Origin: Silvanigrellaceae bacterium
Lineage (GTDB): Bacteria > Bdellovibrionota_B > Oligoflexia > Silvanigrellales > Silvanigrellaceae
Assembly: GCA_049423385.1 (NCBI GenBank)
Contig: JBMSQQ010000024.1
Location: 1 to 39,682 of the forward strand
Direction of reading: 5' to 3'
DNA: 39,682 nucleotides
The notes beneath the pieces were generated by a model, which searched no databases, was not told the DNA's origin, and saw only the letters and a list, made by a program, of their open reading frames with translations. The position numbers and the translations under genes were made by a program. Below, in pieces: positions 1 through 9,838 of this stretch; within the stretch, counting starts at the first letter, position 1; every line of letters starts with the position of its first letter.

Positions 1-309
1 CGAAACTCCGGCATCGTTTTTGATGTCATCCGTGAGTTCGAGTTGTGCATCCGTCAAGGCCATCCGGCTGGCTGCAACTGCCATCTGCACAAAACGTTGA
101 TTCCGACGAGCTTCCTTTTCGTTTGAAAAATATTTTGCGGGCTCGAAATTTTTGACTTCTCCGCCAATCTGGACACTTTGTTTGCTCATGTCGAGGCTGG
201 TGATTTTGGCAATGCCACTCACGCCTTTGATGGCGGCCGTCCAGCAGCTTTCGAGGTCATTTCCAATTGGCGAAAGTATACCCAAACCAGTGACGGCAAC
301 TCGTCTCAT
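1..309 (-). CDS. fabF: Beta-ketoacyl-ACP synthase II, N-terminal part (runs off window start)
   Basis: Absent from the ORF track because it has no stop in the window. Manual translation from ATG 309 gives MRRVAVTGLGILSPIGNDLESCWTAAIKGVSGIAKIT...GGEVKNFEP...RFVQMAVAASRMALTDAQL, a classic FabF N-terminus. GAAAGG RBS upstream. Confidence 0.93.
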   Translation of the reverse strand, partial: MRRVAVTGLGILSPIGNDLESCWTAAIKGVSGIAKITSLDMSKQSVQIGGEVKNFEPAKYFSNEKEARRNQRFVQMAVAASRMALTDAQLELTDDIKNDAGVS

Positions 310-404
310 GATGAACCTTTCTCTTGGCAGTGGCCACTCTCCGTTGGCGCTTGCGTTGCGGGACTATACGTTTGCGTATAAACCTCCGCAAGAACGGGGG
401 AAGA

Positions 405-1094
405 ATGAGTCCGACTGCAAACGATGTTATTTTGTCAGCAGAATGCTTTCTTTGGGATTTTGATGGTTGCTTTGCCGATACGGAACGGCTTCATTTTTTG
501 GCTTACCATGAGGCATTTTCGCATTTCGGGCACCAGATTTCAGAGGCATCCTACTATCCTTCCTTCACCCATCTTGGTGATGGCACCCGGCGGGAAATCC
601 AATCGCATGGCCTCAATATTTCTGAAGAAGAGATTGGCAGGTTGAAGTTCGAAGCCTACGCGAGGCTGATTCGCCAAGGTCCTGTTTCATGTTTTCCCGA
701 GACCTTGGAATTGGTTCGACTCATGCGTGCCCGCGGTGCCAGAGTCGCTATCGCCAGCAACAGCTCCGAAGACGAAATTCGAACTGTACTGGGCACAGCA
801 GGCTTTCCGTTGGACGAACTTGATCTGATTGTCGGCAAGCGGAGTGATCTGCGCAAAAAGCCATCTCCTGATATTTTTCTCCACGCACTTCAGGTCTTGA
901 ATTGCCAGCCGGGTCGTTCCATTGTGTTGGAAGATTCGAATCGCGGACTCCAGGCTGCCGCGGCTGCAGAGTGCGCTGCCATCTGGATGAGAACCCGCTA
1001 CAACGACACACTTGCCTCCGGCGAGCAACGGATCGGTGAGTTTTCCCATGCCCAATTGCTGGAGCTCTTTCGTTCGATGCCTGCGAAAAAGTAA
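405..1094 (+). CDS. HAD-superfamily hydrolase (beta-PGM/CbbY-like, subfamily IA)
   Basis: Motif I WDFDGCFADTE, motif II ASNS, motif III KKPSPDIF, motif IV EDSNRG. Start moved to ATG 405 after a GGGGGAAG RBS. Confidence 0.88.
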   Translation: MSPTANDVILSAECFLWDFDGCFADTERLHFLAYHEAFSHFGHQISEASYYPSFTHLGDGTRREIQSHGLNISEEEIGRLKFEAYARLIRQGPVSCFPETLELVRLMRARGARVAIASNSSEDEIRTVLGTAGFPLDELDLIVGKRSDLRKKPSPDIFLHALQVLNCQPGRSIVLEDSNRGLQAAAAAECAAIWMRTRYNDTLASGEQRIGEFSHAQLLELFRSMPAKK

Positions 1095-1126
1095 TCTTTC
1101 AACAGCACTGATGGAATCTGTTTTTT

Positions 1127-1822
1127 ATGTGGATGGATAGTTGGGTTTTGAATCGACCTTTCCGGATTTGGCCCGAAGCACTGAATGCCCCCGCTCATCA
1201 TCGATTTCTCTTTCGTTTTTTTGAAACGCAGAGGAATGTGGTTGTTCTCTCCAGCTCAAACACAGCCCAGCGTGAAGCATTCGAGGATGTTTGCCGAGCG
1301 CGTGGTGTTCCTGTTTTGCAACGTCGAGGGGGCGGAGGGACCGTGTTGCTGGGACAAGGTTGCCTCGTTTTGACTTTTGCCTTTTTTGCAAAAGATGTTT
1401 TTTCCAATCAGAGATATTTTTCATTGATTAACGGACTTTGGGCAGACGCCATGGCCGAAGCTGGTATTTCTGGAATCGTGACGCGTGGAATCTCCGATCT
1501 CGCGGTGGGCGACAGAAAGATAGCTGGCACCAGTCTTTTTCGGCGCAAACATCTGGTTGTTTATCAGGGAAGTCTTCTGGTCGATCCTGATTTCGAATTG
1601 ATGCGGGATGTCTTGCAGCATCCAAGCCGCGAGCCAGATTATCGGCAAGGAAGGCCTCATCGGGAGTTTTTGGTTTCCGCCAAGGAACTTGGATACGCAG
1701 GCGATACGCAAGCATTGGCTCAACACTGTTCGCGATACTTCGAGCAGCATGCGGGAAGATATTTGTTTCATGATTTTGCTGATTTGGTTCGAATTCCAGA
1801 ACATCAACACGATTTTAGTTGA
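1127..1822 (+). CDS. Lipoate-protein ligase A family protein (catalytic domain only)
   Basis: RRGGGGTV motif, D-L-x4-RKIAGT (catalytic Lys) and YQGSLL. At 231 aa it lacks the C-terminal LplA accessory domain. Confidence 0.85.
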   Translation: MWMDSWVLNRPFRIWPEALNAPAHHRFLFRFFETQRNVVVLSSSNTAQREAFEDVCRARGVPVLQRRGGGGTVLLGQGCLVLTFAFFAKDVFSNQRYFSLINGLWADAMAEAGISGIVTRGISDLAVGDRKIAGTSLFRRKHLVVYQGSLLVDPDFELMRDVLQHPSREPDYRQGRPHREFLVSAKELGYAGDTQALAQHCSRYFEQHAGRYLFHDFADLVRIPEHQHDFS

Positions 1823-1896
1823 CCAGTCAGTCAAATTTTAATACCCGAAGAAAAGTAAGAACAAGGCGACAGGCAATTCGACCCGGGGAGGGTTTC

Positions 1897-2418
1897 ATGC
1901 ACGCAAAACTTTTGCTGAGATTGACGAGTTTGTTGAGCCTCTTTTCTGCTTCAGCGATGGCTTCAATTCTGGTGATTCCCCCGCCATCCTTGGCCCATCC
2001 TGCAGACCAGAATCCAACGACCTCAAACTCGTCTTGTGAACACACTGAGTCTGTCTTTCGTTGTGTCAAAGTGCATTACAACTACGATGGTGACACGATG
2101 ATGGTTTCGATTGCCAATGTTCACCCATTGCTCGGACAAAAAGTTTCGGTTCGGGTCCATGGTATTGATGCTCCCGAGATGCACGCATCAGAGCCCTGCG
2201 AGCGTGCTGCCGCAGTTGCTGCGCAGCAATTCGTCAAGGAAGTTCTCTTGCGGGCAAAGCGCATCGACCTTGAGCGTGTTCAGCGTGACAAATATTTCAG
2301 GATACTTGCCGATGTGCGCGCCGATGGAGAAAGCATCGCCCAGATGCTCATTGCGCAGGGTCTGGCCTATCCTTATTACGGCGGAACAAAGCAGCGTATC
2401 GATTGGTGTTCACGCTGA
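1897..2418 (+). CDS. Secreted thermonuclease (staphylococcal nuclease family)
   Basis: Signal peptide (LLSLFSASAMA). SNase motifs YDGDT, VRVHGIDAPE, DKYFRILA, GLAYPY. ATG 1897 follows GGGGAGG. Confidence 0.9.
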   Translation: MHAKLLLRLTSLLSLFSASAMASILVIPPPSLAHPADQNPTTSNSSCEHTESVFRCVKVHYNYDGDTMMVSIANVHPLLGQKVSVRVHGIDAPEMHASEPCERAAAVAAQQFVKEVLLRAKRIDLERVQRDKYFRILADVRADGESIAQMLIAQGLAYPYYGGTKQRIDWCSR

Positions 2419-2438
2419 ACCTTCGCCGAACCTGGGGA

Positions 2439-3467
2439 TCACTCTCCAGACATGACAAGTTCCAGCGAAGAAATATCAATGTCGCGATGACAGACCGCAC
2501 GCAGGGTGTTTTGATTCAATGCCGAGAGGCGAAGACCATGAAAACTTTCCAATTCGCTCAAAACACTTTTGGCCGGGTTGGAAAATCTCATCAGGACAAT
2601 GTTGGTTTCCGGTTGGGGAACATGTGCCTGCGGATACTTCCGCCGCAACCAGTCTGACAGTTTTTTCGCTTTAAGGTGGTCAACTTTCAGTTCCGTCAAA
2701 TGGTGCTTGAAGGCAAAAAGTGCTCCCGCAGCAAGAATTCCGCATTGGCGCATTGTGCCCCCCATTCTTTTACGCAGCAGTTTTGCCCGCTGCATTTGGA
2801 GTTTGCTGCCAATCAAGCAACTGCCGGCAGGAGCACCGAGCCCTTTGGAAAAACAAACCGAGATTGTGGAAAACAGATGTCCGTAGTTTTGCAGTGGAAT
2901 GCCTGTTTCCACGTGCGAATTCCAGAGTCTTGCTCCGTCGAGATGAAATGCCATTTCCCGCTGTTGACACCATTCTGAAAGGGCTTCGAGATGCTCGAAC
3001 GGATGAATGCGTCCGCCGGAAAACAAATGGGTGTTTTCCACAACCAGCAGACGTGTGGGTGGAGTCACGAGAGAATCCCGCGCGACAAAAAGGTCGTCCA
3101 TTTTTGTAAGGTCGGGTAAAAACTCGTCGACGATTGGGACTGCAACAGGCTGAACGCCTGCGATCGCCGACAAGGCACCACTTTCTGCACGCAAGATGTG
3201 GAGATCTGTTGCTCCCATCAGGGCTTCGCCGTGATGACAATGAATCTGCGCTGCGATTTGGTTGCTCATCGTGCCGCTGGGCACGAATATGGCGGCTTCG
3301 TGACCGAATGCTTCCGCAATTGTTTTTTCCAATTCAACGACAGTTGGGTCTTCATCATAAAACGAATCACCCACCTCTGCCTCAGCCATGATTTTTCGCA
3401 TGGAAGGCGAAGGTTTGGTCAATGTGTCACTTCGTAAATCGAGAGGTTGCGATAGGTTGGACATCAT
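2439..3467 (-). CDS. ltaE: Low-specificity L-threonine aldolase (PLP-dependent)
   Basis: DLRSDT, PSGTMSNQ, VENTH, HLDGARLWN and CFSKGLGAP (PLP lysine). Confidence 0.92.
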   Translation of the reverse strand: MMSNLSQPLDLRSDTLTKPSPSMRKIMAEAEVGDSFYDEDPTVVELEKTIAEAFGHEAAIFVPSGTMSNQIAAQIHCHHGEALMGATDLHILRAESGALSAIAGVQPVAVPIVDEFLPDLTKMDDLFVARDSLVTPPTRLLVVENTHLFSGGRIHPFEHLEALSEWCQQREMAFHLDGARLWNSHVETGIPLQNYGHLFSTISVCFSKGLGAPAGSCLIGSKLQMQRAKLLRKRMGGTMRQCGILAAGALFAFKHHLTELKVDHLKAKKLSDWLRRKYPQAHVPQPETNIVLMRFSNPAKSVLSELESFHGLRLSALNQNTLRAVCHRDIDISSLELVMSGE

Positions 3468-3472
3468 CCGGA

Positions 3473-3979
3473 TCAGATTGCCGCATTCATCAAATGGTCA
3501 TGGATGAACCGTTCCAGTTTCGCCGAGTCCTCCGGTTGAACCTGCAGGAGGCGCAGGACGTATCCAGCTGGAACAGCTTGAGGGACTTCGACTGCCGCTT
3601 TCAGTTCTTCAATTCGTGCGATGGCCCGAATGGTTTGGCTACCAGGGTTCTGAGGCTCGCCAAGCAACAACTGAAGTTCGAGCAGGGTGGACTTTGCCTG
3701 GTAAGGAAACATGTTTGGGTTTGGGCAAACGGCGAACAAGCCGTGGCGCGCAATTTCAAGGGTTTCAAATTTGGAGAATCGGGCCGCTCCCAAACTTCTC
3801 ATCAGGAGGGTTTGCTTTGCCACCACGGCAGTGCCGAAAGGGCCTTCCGGTTGGCCGATGATTTTGGCTGTAGCAGGTTTTGTTTCATCGTCCTGTCGAA
3901 CAAAAGCTTTGTCCTGGCCAGGAAGGTCCGACGCTGGAGCAGGGGTCGCCTTGATGAAGTCGGGGCTGGTTTTCGACAT
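3473..3979 (-). CDS. Hypothetical protein with degenerate PilZ-like C-terminal domain
   Basis: ATG 3979 follows GAGGAG. The C-terminal pattern (TLEIARHGLF...LLELQLLL...IRAIARI...GYVLRLLQVQPEDSAKLERFI) resembles a PilZ barrel plus helix. No clear RxxxR or DxSxxG. Confidence 0.55.
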   Translation of the reverse strand: MSKTSPDFIKATPAPASDLPGQDKAFVRQDDETKPATAKIIGQPEGPFGTAVVAKQTLLMRSLGAARFSKFETLEIARHGLFAVCPNPNMFPYQAKSTLLELQLLLGEPQNPGSQTIRAIARIEELKAAVEVPQAVPAGYVLRLLQVQPEDSAKLERFIHDHLMNAAI

Positions 3980-4090
3980 GCGCGTGCTCCTCGGGGCGGG
4001 CCCGAACTTTCCAACAACCGCGTGTTGAGGACCAGGGGCCACGCTGCAAGCCACCACAATCACTTGGTTCTGTCAAGAACTTTTCCCGTT

Positions 4091-5056
4091 TCAGAGAATA
4101 CTTTCAGCAACAAGGATTTTGCAGACGTCCTGGCTTCGGACGCCCTCGCTCGCCGCCTTGAAATTGAGGACAAGTCGATGCTGGAGAACGGAAGGTGCGA
4201 CTTGCTCCACGTGTTCCCAGGCAACCTGGTTCGCGCCGCCCATGAACGCCGCTGCCTTTGCTGCAAGAACCAACGCCTGGGAGGCTCGCGGACTGGAACC
4301 AAACTCGACAAAGTTTTTGATCTGTTGAAGGCGAGTTTCCTCGGGCCTGGTGTTGCGCACCAGGCGAACGCAGGCTTCAACAATTTGTTGTGACATCGGG
4401 AATTGCTCAATGCTTTGACGAGCATTGACAACCAATGCCGACCCAGGAAGTGGAGGAAGTTCCTTTTCGACGCCCGCGAGCGTGGCAATCTGAAGTTCGG
4501 TTTCGAAGCCAGGGTAACCAACGTCAATGTTGAACAAAAAGCGGTCCAATTGAGCTTCGGGCAGAGGAAAAGTGCCTTCGTTTTCAATCGGGTTTTGGGT
4601 TGCGAAAACATAGAACGGCCGCGGTAGTGGTCGGCTTTGACCCGCCAAACTCACTTGTCTTTCCTGCATGGCCTCAAGCAGTGCCGACTGGGTTCGCGGA
4701 GATGCGCGGTTGATTTCGTCGGCGAGAACGAAGGGAGCAAAAATGGGACCAGGCATGAAAGCAATTTTCTTCACGTCTGGGTTTTTGTCGTCGAATTGAA
4801 TCGTGTCTCCACCCAGGATATCGAATGGTGTGAGGTCAGGAGTAAATTGAATGCGCTTGTAGCCACAGCCCAGAGCCTGTGCGAGTGACCGGACAAGGGT
4901 GGTTTTAGCAACTCCCGGAGCCCCCGTGAGCAAGGCATGCCCTCCGCAAAGCACTGTGATGACAACAAGATCGATGACTTGAGGTTGCCCCAGAACCTTG
5001 GTTGCAAGCAAACGACGAAGTTCATTTGTGTTTTCGCGCAATTGATTGAGGTCCAT
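4091..5056 (-). CDS. MoxR-family AAA+ ATPase
   Basis: GHALLTGAPGVAKT (Walker A), RIQFTPDL, LADEINRASPRTQSALLEAMQE, ATQNPIENEGTFPLPEAQLDRF and GSSPRA. Start set to ATG 5056 (GGGAG RBS). Confidence 0.95.
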   Translation of the reverse strand: MDLNQLRENTNELRRLLATKVLGQPQVIDLVVITVLCGGHALLTGAPGVAKTTLVRSLAQALGCGYKRIQFTPDLTPFDILGGDTIQFDDKNPDVKKIAFMPGPIFAPFVLADEINRASPRTQSALLEAMQERQVSLAGQSRPLPRPFYVFATQNPIENEGTFPLPEAQLDRFLFNIDVGYPGFETELQIATLAGVEKELPPLPGSALVVNARQSIEQFPMSQQIVEACVRLVRNTRPEETRLQQIKNFVEFGSSPRASQALVLAAKAAAFMGGANQVAWEHVEQVAPSVLQHRLVLNFKAASEGVRSQDVCKILVAESIL

Positions 5057-5195
5057 GGTGGGCTCCCGAAAATGTTTGACTGCAAGTGTCCGGGATTGTT
5101 CGCGGGCCGTCAAGATTGACCGAGGCTTTACAGTTCCATAAAACCCAGGAGCTTGACGTTTTTAAATTCAGTCCGGTGTTGCCAAGAGGTTGTTC

Positions 5196-6275
5196 ATGAG
5201 AATGCAGGATTCATCCATCAAGACCCAATCGAACGAGCCCTTGGCAGCGGCCACGTCCCGGGTGCTGGTTTTGGGGCCTGGCGTTTTTGGCCGTGCTCTT
5301 GCCAAATGTGCCCAGGAGGCTGGCTCGAATGTGACACTTTTGGGTCTGGACGAAGCCGCTTTGGCAGATGCGAGATTGGCTTTTGCGAATTGTCGGGGCG
5401 TTGAACTTCAGACGATGGATCGCGAAAGCGTCGAATTTTTGCGCGGCAGGAGTGTCGATTTGATTATTCTTGCAGTGCCATGCCAGGCATTGCGCAGTGT
5501 GGCATCCTGGTGCCGCGATGTCCTTTGGCCCGTGATTGAAACAACAAGTCATGTTCCGGTGCTGTGCGCTGCCAAAGGTGTCGAACTGGGGACGTTAATG
5601 TTGCCCCACGAAATTCTTGTCGAGTTGTTGCCTGAAAATGCGGGTCTTGGAGTTCTCAGTGGCCCCAGTTTTGCGAAAGAACTTCAGGCAGGACTGCCGA
5701 CGGCAATTGTAGTTGCCTCTGCGGATGACTTTGTTCGTCGCAGTGCTGAAAGACTGCTTCACCGTCCGCACTTCAGGGTCTATGGCACGGACGACATTGT
5801 TGGAGTTGAATTGGGCGGAGCCATCAAGAACGTGATTGCAGTGGTTGCGGGCGTCGTTGATGGCCTTCAGCTGGGACACAATGCGCGTGCCGCAGTTGTC
5901 ACGCGAGGCTTGGGCGAAATGGCTCAAATGGGTGCTGCCCTGGGCGCCCAGCCGATGACATTTCTTGGATTGAGTGGACTTGGCGATCTGATTTTGACCT
6001 GCACTGGCGACCTGTCCCGCAATCGCCGGTTTGGTCTCACCATTGCTCAAAACCGCGGTCGACCCATGTCCGAGGTTCTTGCTGAAATTGGCGAAACCGT
6101 GGAGGGATATTCGACCGCGAGGAGCGCTTTTCTGCTGAGCAAGAAATTGAGTCTTGATACACCTATTTTGCAAATGGCCTATGAAGTGCTTCATGAGGAC
6201 CGTCCGGTGGACGATGCGGTTGCTCATCTCCTGAATCGCGAGCAAAAAGGCGAGTTTGATTGGATTGGAAAATGA
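5196..6275 (+). CDS. gpsA: NAD(P)H-dependent glycerol-3-phosphate dehydrogenase
   Basis: GPGVFG, AKGVE, LSGPSFAKE, GVELGGAIKNVIA and GLSGLGDLILTCTGDLSRNRRFG. Confidence 0.96.
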   Translation: MRMQDSSIKTQSNEPLAAATSRVLVLGPGVFGRALAKCAQEAGSNVTLLGLDEAALADARLAFANCRGVELQTMDRESVEFLRGRSVDLIILAVPCQALRSVASWCRDVLWPVIETTSHVPVLCAAKGVELGTLMLPHEILVELLPENAGLGVLSGPSFAKELQAGLPTAIVVASADDFVRRSAERLLHRPHFRVYGTDDIVGVELGGAIKNVIAVVAGVVDGLQLGHNARAAVVTRGLGEMAQMGAALGAQPMTFLGLSGLGDLILTCTGDLSRNRRFGLTIAQNRGRPMSEVLAEIGETVEGYSTARSAFLLSKKLSLDTPILQMAYEVLHEDRPVDDAVAHLLNREQKGEFDWIGK

Positions 6276-9200
6276 CAAGAAATTTGGAGATTGTCGCCGC
6301 GGATGTTGTTGACCAGGCAATCTTGACTCCTTCAAAACTTCATTTGGTTCTGACGGCCACCGACAACGATGCGATGTTGGTTGAAGAGTGCTTGCGGCAG
6401 ATGTCGGGCAATCATTTTGATCATGATGACATCGTCGGATTGCCGTCTTTTTTGCAAACCGGGGTTTACCGGTTTGAATCCGCGCGCAGACTCCTGGCGC
6501 GTCGCCTCGGAGCTCTGCATTTGTTGCGCAGTCGACCCGTGCGTTGCCTCGTTCTTTCCTCGACTGCATTGGTGCGAATCGTACCTTCAACGACCTGGAT
6601 GGCCAGCAACACGCTCGAACTTGTCACCGGTGAAGAACAAGATCAGGATGCTGTTCTCGAGCGGCTCTATTCCCTGGGCTATCAGTCTGTTCAGCGTGTC
6701 GAAGAAGTTGGCGAATGTGCGGTGCGCGGCGGTATTCTGGATTTTTGGACGCCAGGAGAAAGGCACCCGGTTCGATGCGAGTTCTTTTCCGATTCGCTCG
6801 AAAAAATTCGGCTCTTTCGTCCTGCCGATCAGCGTTCATTCGAAACCCGCGAAAAAGTGTGTGTCCTTCCCGCAAGGGAATTTGTCTGGCCGCAAGAGAA
6901 CGCGGTGGGACAGTGGATAGAAAAATTCAACAAGGCGATTCTGGCCCAAGGGTTGCAAGGCGGCATTCGCAACGATCTTCTCGAGAATCTTCGAGGTTCA
7001 ATTCCGTTTCCGGGTATCGACGACCTTTGTTCGCTGTTTGCCGACACTGATTTTGTTTCTCCGCTCGATTATCTTGAATCCACTTTCTCCGATGAGCGAA
7101 GCGGTATTCAGCTTCATGTTTTGCATGAGCCCCAGCGACTGAGTGGTGGTTTGAAAGAGACCATTGATATCTACGAAAGTGCATGGCAGGCCGGGTACGG
7201 CAAGTCGTACATGACAATCAAGCCCGAAAAATTGTTTCCTGCGGCCGCTGCTTTTCCGGAATGGCTGGGCTCAAACATTGGGGCAACAGCAGCTGTTTCG
7301 AAATTTGCACTTCCGGCAATCGTTGAGGCGAGGATTGCCGAGGCATCAAAGAAAAAATTCTCTGAACGCTTGCGGATCGTCAGCAGCCTGTTTCAAGACA
7401 ATCCAGAATTGGGTTGCATTTTCACGAGTCCTACCCAGGATGCAAGTCTCGAATTTGTTGCCCTTTTGAATGCAAATATTGAGGAATCTGCAAAGAAACT
7501 GAAAACTGAAGCGACCATTTCGCCTTTTTCAATTGCAGACTTCAACCGCAAACAAGCCTCGGAGCAGTCCAGCACCTGGACGACAAGGCTTGCAAAATTC
7601 GCCAATCCCTTTTTTGTTCCCGATACCTCGATGTTGGTTCTTCCTGAAGAATGGCTGCGTGGAGTCAGCAAGGATCACAGCATTGAGATTCATTCCGACG
7701 AGGACAGCCAACGCGCGTCGCGGGAGGCTGCAGAAACGCTCATCTCTGGTCAATTCGGTGATTTTGCCGAAGGTGACCTTGTGGTTCATGTTCAACATGG
7801 AATTGCCCGGTTTCGCGGGCTGACGACCATTCGCGTCATGGACATCTCTGGCGATTTTCTTGTCCTGGAATATGCAGGAAACGACAAGGTCTATGTTCCT
7901 GTTCACAAGTTGAACCTTGTCCAGCGTTACATCGGCTCCAGCAAGGCCGATGATACCCAGTTGGATTCCTTGAAGGGAACCCAATGGGAAAAAAGAAAGG
8001 CGCGTGCAAAAGAGGAAGCAGCCAAGGTTGCAAAGGAACTTCTCGAGCACCAGGCAAAGCGTGCAACAACTCCTGGACACGCCTACGCGCACATCGAGGA
8101 CAATTATCTGCTTTTTGAAGCGGCTTTTCCGTATGATGAAACACCAGATCAAATCAAGGCAACGCGCGAAATTCAGGCCGACATGTCTCGCCCAAAAGCA
8201 ATGGATCGCCTGCTCTGTGGAGACGTTGGCTTTGGTAAAACGGAAGTTGCCATGCGGGCTGCCTACCGTGCAGTTTTGGACGGGAAGCAAGTTTCCTGGC
8301 TTGTTCCGACAACTGTTCTGGCACACCAACATTACCGAAGTTTACAGGAGCGGTTTGGTCAGTTTGGAGTCAACATCGAGATCCTCGATCGGTCCTCCGG
8401 AGGCGCAGGCTCCTCCAAGGCTCTCAAGAAGCTTCAGGAAGGTGGAATTGATATTATCGTTGGAACCCATCGACTGTTGTCGCCGGACGTCAAGTTTCGC
8501 GACCTGGGATTGTTGATTGTCGATGAAGAGCAACGTTTTGGAGTTCTGCAAAAGGAAAAAATCAAGACAATATCTTATGGCATAGACGTGCTGACGATGA
8601 GTGCAACCCCGATTCCGCGGACATTACAGATGGCCATGATTGGCTTGCGTGAGTTGAGCCTTCTCACCACGCCGCCCAAAGCCAGACTTGCTGTCAAGAC
8701 CTTTGTCTGTCCTTTTGATGAGACCACGATCCGCGATGCCATCAAGTATGAATTGGCCCGTGCCGGTCAGATTTTCTTTGTCCACAACAAAGTCGACGAT
8801 CTCGCGTCTGTGGAAGTGTATCTCAAGAAGCTCGTACCCGAAGCACGCATCTGTATTGGTCATGGCAAAATGCCTCAAAAAGAACTCGACAAGACTGTCA
8901 TTGAGTTCATCGACCAGAAGTTTGATATTCTGCTTTGCACCACGATCATCGAGTCGGGCATCGACATGCCAAATGTGAACACCATCATCGTTCAGGACGC
9001 AGACCACTTTGGATTATCGCAGTTGTATCAGCTGCGTGGTCGCGTGGGTCGACGTTCCACACGAGGCTATGCTTATTTTATGATGAGCCCGACAGCCAAC
9101 GAAAAAGACGATGGCGTGAAGCGACTCGAGGTGCTGCGCGAGCATCAGGAGCTTGGCAGCGGTTTTGTCATAGCAAGTCAGGACCTCGAAATGAGGGGGG

Positions 9201-9838
9201 CCGGCAATATCATGGGCGACGACCAAAGCGGTCGCGTCACCGAGGTCGGTTTGGAAACGTATCTGCAAATGCTCGACGATGCGATAAGGTTGATTGGTGG
9301 ACGCAAGGTCCGTGTTCTTCCCGAAGCGGAAATACAGGTTCCCGTCGAGGCACAGATTCCCGAAGATTATGTGCAGAATGCGCGCGAGCGATTGCGATTG
9401 TATCGTCGGTTTTTCGGTGCGCGAAACGAAGACAATCTGGCCTCACTCACGGTGGAATGTGCCGACCGCTTTGGTCCGTTGCCCGAAACAGTTCAAAACC
9501 TGGCCGACATGGCCCGTATCCGGCGTTGGTTGATGAGCTTTGGCGGAATCGGCTTGAACGTCAGCGACGACTTCACCGAGGTCAAGATCAGTCCTGAAAT
9601 CCTGCAAGCGCGCGATGACCAGGATGCCGAGGCAATCATCAGACGGATTTTCGACGTCTGCAATCGCGAAGTGAAGGGTGTTCGACTCACACCTGATGGC
9701 AGATTGCTGCTACCCTTGAAAAAACGTCAGTTCCGTCCGGAATTCGGTATGACCGGAATGGTGGATTTGAAAAAGTATCTGACGTTGTTTGCGGGTGAAT
9801 CTTATGCCGGTTTGCATGTCCAAAAAATCAACTCATGA
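6272..9838 (+). CDS. mfd: Transcription-repair coupling factor
   Basis: UvrB-like [11 protein letters not shown] domain [66 protein letters not shown] and [13 protein letters not shown] overlap with the gpsA stop. Confidence 0.97.
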   Translation: MTRNLEIVAADVVDQAILTPSKLHLVLTATDNDAMLVEECLRQMSGNHFDHDDIVGLPSFLQTGVYRFESARRLLARRLGALHLLRSRPVRCLVLSSTALVRIVPSTTWMASNTLELVTGEEQDQDAVLERLYSLGYQSVQRVEEVGECAVRGGILDFWTPGERHPVRCEFFSDSLEKIRLFRPADQRSFETREKVCVLPAREFVWPQENAVGQWIEKFNKAILAQGLQGGIRNDLLENLRGSIPFPGIDDLCSLFADTDFVSPLDYLESTFSDERSGIQLHVLHEPQRLSGGLKETIDIYESAWQAGYGKSYMTIKPEKLFPAAAAFPEWLGSNIGATAAVSKFALPAIVEARIAEASKKKFSERLRIVSSLFQDNPELGCIFTSPTQDASLEFVALLNANIEESAKKLKTEATISPFSIADFNRKQASEQSSTWTTRLAKFANPFFVPDTSMLVLPEEWLRGVSKDHSIEIHSDEDSQRASREAAETLISGQFGDFAEGDLVVHVQHGIARFRGLTTIRVMDISGDFLVLEYAGNDKVYVPVHKLNLVQRYIGSSKADDTQLDSLKGTQWEKRKARAKEEAAKVAKELLEHQAKRATTPGHAYAHIEDNYLLFEAAFPYDETPDQIKATREIQADMSRPKAMDRLLCGDVGFGKTEVAMRAAYRAVLDGKQVSWLVPTTVLAHQHYRSLQERFGQFGVNIEILDRSSGGAGSSKALKKLQEGGIDIIVGTHRLLSPDVKFRDLGLLIVDEEQRFGVLQKEKIKTISYGIDVLTMSATPIPRTLQMAMIGLRELSLLTTPPKARLAVKTFVCPFDETTIRDAIKYELARAGQIFFVHNKVDDLASVEVYLKKLVPEARICIGHGKMPQKELDKTVIEFIDQKFDILLCTTIIESGIDMPNVNTIIVQDADHFGLSQLYQLRGRVGRRSTRGYAYFMMSPTANEKDDGVKRLEVLREHQELGSGFVIASQDLEMRGAGNIMGDDQSGRVTEVGLETYLQMLDDAIRLIGGRKVRVLPEAEIQVPVEAQIPEDYVQNARERLRLYRRFFGARNEDNLASLTVECADRFGPLPETVQNLADMARIRRWLMSFGGIGLNVSDDFTEVKISPEILQARDDQDAEAIIRRIFDVCNREVKGVRLTPDGRLLLPLKKRQFRPEFGMTGMVDLKKYLTLFAGESYAGLHVQKINS

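Noticed and set aside
405..1094. HAD hydrolase as the missing MtnX phosphatase
   Set aside because: Its motifs are subfamily IA (beta-PGM-like) rather than MtnX-type IB, and it lies more than 30 kb from the mtn operon.
3422..4393. 323-aa plus-strand ORF
   Set aside because: Antisense shadow of moxR and the PilZ-like gene, with no recognisable motifs.
5595..6590. 331-aa minus-strand ORF
   Set aside because: Antisense to the clearly identified gpsA and mfd.
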